Below, piece by piece: positions 35,319 through 36,781 of a DNA stretch of 36,781 nt (positions within the stretch are counted from its first letter, which is position 1; each line of letters opens with the position of its first letter). Below the pieces are notes generated by a model, which saw only the letters and a program-made list of their open reading frames with translations, did not search any database and was not told the origin of the DNA. The translations under genes and the position numbers were made by a program. The stretch spans positions 1 through 36,781 of the forward strand of contig JAOZGV010000127.1 of NCBI GenBank assembly GCA_026015225.1, in the 5' to 3' direction. This DNA comes from Candidatus Bathyarchaeota archaeon (GTDB lineage: Archaea; Thermoproteota; Bathyarchaeia; 40CM-2-53-6; RBG-13-38-9).

Positions 35319-35338
35319 TAGCGCGCACGATTGAAAAA
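35319..35338. repeat. Motif copy (plus strand AGCGCGCAC, 35330-35338) forming a 6-bp GC hairpin with TGCGCG (35319-35324)
   Basis: The hairpin is TGCGCG-tttatag-CGCGCA. It lies in the divergent spacer between the amidinotransferase gene and the CofE-like gene. Confidence 0.6.
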
Positions 35339-35470
35339 TATTAGAATGGGAAATATCGGAGTGTTTGCTAAAACAGAGGCCGGTTATGAAATTTTGAATG
35401 CTATACAAAAAAATTAAAGGCTTGAAGAAACCATCCTTATCAAAATTAGAAAACTGGGAAAAATAATCCA

Positions 35471-36307
35471 ATGAGGTATATTACAAAAACATTAAGGACT
35501 AAATATTGGTTACCCGGTACGAATTTTTTTGAAATTTTACTTGAATTTTCAATTTCCAATGCAAAAGATAATGATTTTATCGTAATTTCAGAGAAGGCTC
35601 TCTCTACATCGTTAGGTAGATTGATCGATGAAGGAAAAATAGTTCCGAGTTTTTCTGCAAAATGTTTAGCTAAATTTTGGATGAGGAAAATTTGGGGTTA
35701 TTTGATTACTGTGATTGCTAGAATTAACAGATTAAATACAGAAAGAATAAGAAGATATCCTTTGAAAGATGGTTCTGCGCACAAACAAACCGTATTAACT
35801 TACTGCGGGCCGATTTATTCTTTAAAAAATTTTTCCGAGGGAGGAATTGACGTAAGTAATTTACCCTATAAATATGCATGCCTGCCCCTTACAGATGCGC
35901 AAGAAATAGCTGAGAAAATATCATCGCTGATTTTCGAAAAAGCAAGAATAAATTTGATTGTAATGATAACAGATAGCGATAAAACATTCAGCTTAAAAAA
36001 CATACATTTTTCTTCAAGACCCACTTTTGTGAAGGAAATATACAATATTGGTCCAATTGCATATATAATCGGGAGATTTTTTAAAATGAGAGCGAGATCC
36101 ACGCCTATTGCTCTTTCAAAGAATATTGAAGTTGAGGATGCATTAAGAATATCTGCAATATCCAATAAAGCAAGAAAATTTGGAGCTGGAAGAACCGTAT
36201 GGGATGTGGCCACACGATTTGGTGCAAAAATGACTGAAATCTCTTGGGATATGCTGAATAATTGCGAACATAGACCAGTTGTTATCGTAAGAAAATTGGA
36301 CGAATAA
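35471..36307 (+). CDS. CofE-like (F420-0:gamma-glutamyl ligase family) protein, divergent
   Basis: 278-aa ORF. The blocks NDFIVISEKALSTSLGR, EGGIDVSNL, LIVMITDSD and RPVVIVRKL parallel remembered CofE blocks (vvv.SkivSKaEGR, NAGIDaSN, viItDt.GR, iPavvVRG). The substrate-loop residues differ. Confidence 0.6.
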   Translation: MRYITKTLRTKYWLPGTNFFEILLEFSISNAKDNDFIVISEKALSTSLGRLIDEGKIVPSFSAKCLAKFWMRKIWGYLITVIARINRLNTERIRRYPLKDGSAHKQTVLTYCGPIYSLKNFSEGGIDVSNLPYKYACLPLTDAQEIAEKISSLIFEKARINLIVMITDSDKTFSLKNIHFSSRPTFVKEIYNIGPIAYIIGRFFKMRARSTPIALSKNIEVEDALRISAISNKARKFGAGRTVWDVATRFGAKMTEISWDMLNNCEHRPVVIVRKLDE

Positions 36308-36310
36308 AGA

Positions 36311-36781
36311 TTACGGTCTATATCCATTCAATATCGATATAGCAAGAGTCGAGGCTGTCAAATCTGCGGTTGTACCCGGATTGATCTTATTTTTATTATT
36401 TCTCAGACGCCTATCAAACAGAATTAACTCCTTTTTTCCTCGTTCTGTAATAATTCCGCCCTTCTCGAGTATCTTTTTGGCTCGAAAAGATATCTCTTCG
36501 GCTTTGGATAAGCCAAATTTCCTTAAAATCAGGCTATCAGGAACCGTAGAAAGAATTTTCAAAAAAGTCTGTACAGTAGCTTCATTTATGCTTAAATTTT
36601 CATTAATACAATCATCAAAATACGGATAGCCTATATCAAAGGTAATTGAATAATTTTTCACCCATTCTCTAGCTACAGAGTCATAAGAGGAAGAAATCTT
36701 AAAAACATCAAATAGAGAAAGATTATCCTTACGTATTTCATTAGAAATACTTTCTATTTTTAGATCATATTTTTTGACTTT
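36311..36781 (-). CDS. CitG/MdcB-like triphosphoribosyl-dephospho-CoA synthase family protein; N-terminus outside the window
   Basis: The track ORF starts at GTG 36661, but I checked that the frame stays open to 36781 (...KVKKYDLKIESISNEIRKDNLSLFDVFKISSSYDSVAREW-). The C-terminal INPGTTADLTASTLAISIL is the CitG-family signature. Confidence 0.7.
   Translation of the reverse strand, partial: KVKKYDLKIESISNEIRKDNLSLFDVFKISSSYDSVAREWVKNYSITFDIGYPYFDDCINENLSINEATVQTFLKILSTVPDSLILRKFGLSKAEEISFRAKKILEKGGIITERGKKELILFDRRLRNNKNKINPGTTADLTASTLAISILNGYRP

Noticed and set aside
22008-35338. The idea that the GC-rich inverted-repeat motifs are attC-like sites of an integron-type cassette array.
   Set aside because: There is no integrase gene or attI-like site in the window. 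The flanked genes point in both directions. The motifs are far shorter than attC sites and lack the R/L box organisation. This is kept only as a remote alternative inside the motif finding.
20372-36629. Other embedded ORFs in the right half: 20372-20614+, 21525-21707-, 24568-24813-, 26063-26275-, 26158-26514-, 27163-27393-, 28197-28382+, 29266-29487-, 30064-30327+, 32686-33039+, 33165-33431+, 33875-34072-, 34388-34738+, 34772-35026+, 35866-36327- and 36381-36629+.
   Set aside because: All lie antisense to or overlap better-supported genes. None has motif support.
1-36781. Search for CRISPR arrays, tandem repeats, IS elements, integrases, toxin-antitoxin pairs or obvious defence genes.
   Set aside because: By eye I saw no direct-repeat/spacer periodicity, no transposase-, integrase- or nuclease-like ORFs and no terminal inverted repeats. 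The only nuclease-fold candidate is the disrupted ParB/Srx-like gene.

Overview
This is an AT-rich window (roughly one-third G+C by eye) of archaeal type, with about 37 protein genes. I found no rRNA, tRNA, CRISPR array, transposase or integrase.

The left ~21 kb is core C1 and purine metabolism:
- A minus-strand purS-purQ-purL-purF-purM-purP operon (1-7145).
- A minus-strand string cooC-like, cdhA, cdhB, cdhC, cdhD, cdhE, cooC (11569-20207), the archaeal acetyl-CoA decarbonylase/synthase (CODH/ACS).
- This string continues co-directionally into a trio of DUF166-like, cobalamin-binding corrinoid protein, DUF166-like (9115-11492).
- A convergent RACo-type corrinoid activase (2Fe-2S plus ASKHA ATPase, 7512-9110) abuts the trio.

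The right ~15 kb (21.3-36.8 kb) is a functional mosaic:
- An IMP-cyclohydrolase-only PurH, a GC-rich TrpB2, a stop-interrupted ParB/Srx-fold gene and Hsp20.
- A tight Rieske, glutaredoxin-like, FTR-catalytic-like, Rieske operon.
- An MFS transporter, a DUF1508 protein and a vWA-CARDB membrane protein with a Zn-ribbon tail.
- A PflX-type radical SAM enzyme, an unassigned 322-aa protein and threonine-dehydrogenase-like Tdh.
- A HisI-like protein with degenerate metal motifs, a GC-rich amidinotransferase-fold gene, and CofE-like and CitG-like genes.

Best candidates for something undescribed:
1. The DUF166/corrinoid/DUF166 cassette attached to the cdh operon.
2. The Rieske-Grx-FTR-Rieske redox module.
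3. A GC-rich 9-mer, GTGCGYGCT, with palindromic relatives. It recurs almost only in intergenic spacers of the right half and brackets a compositionally foreign gene.

All family assignments come from motif recognition by eye and need HMM or structure confirmation.
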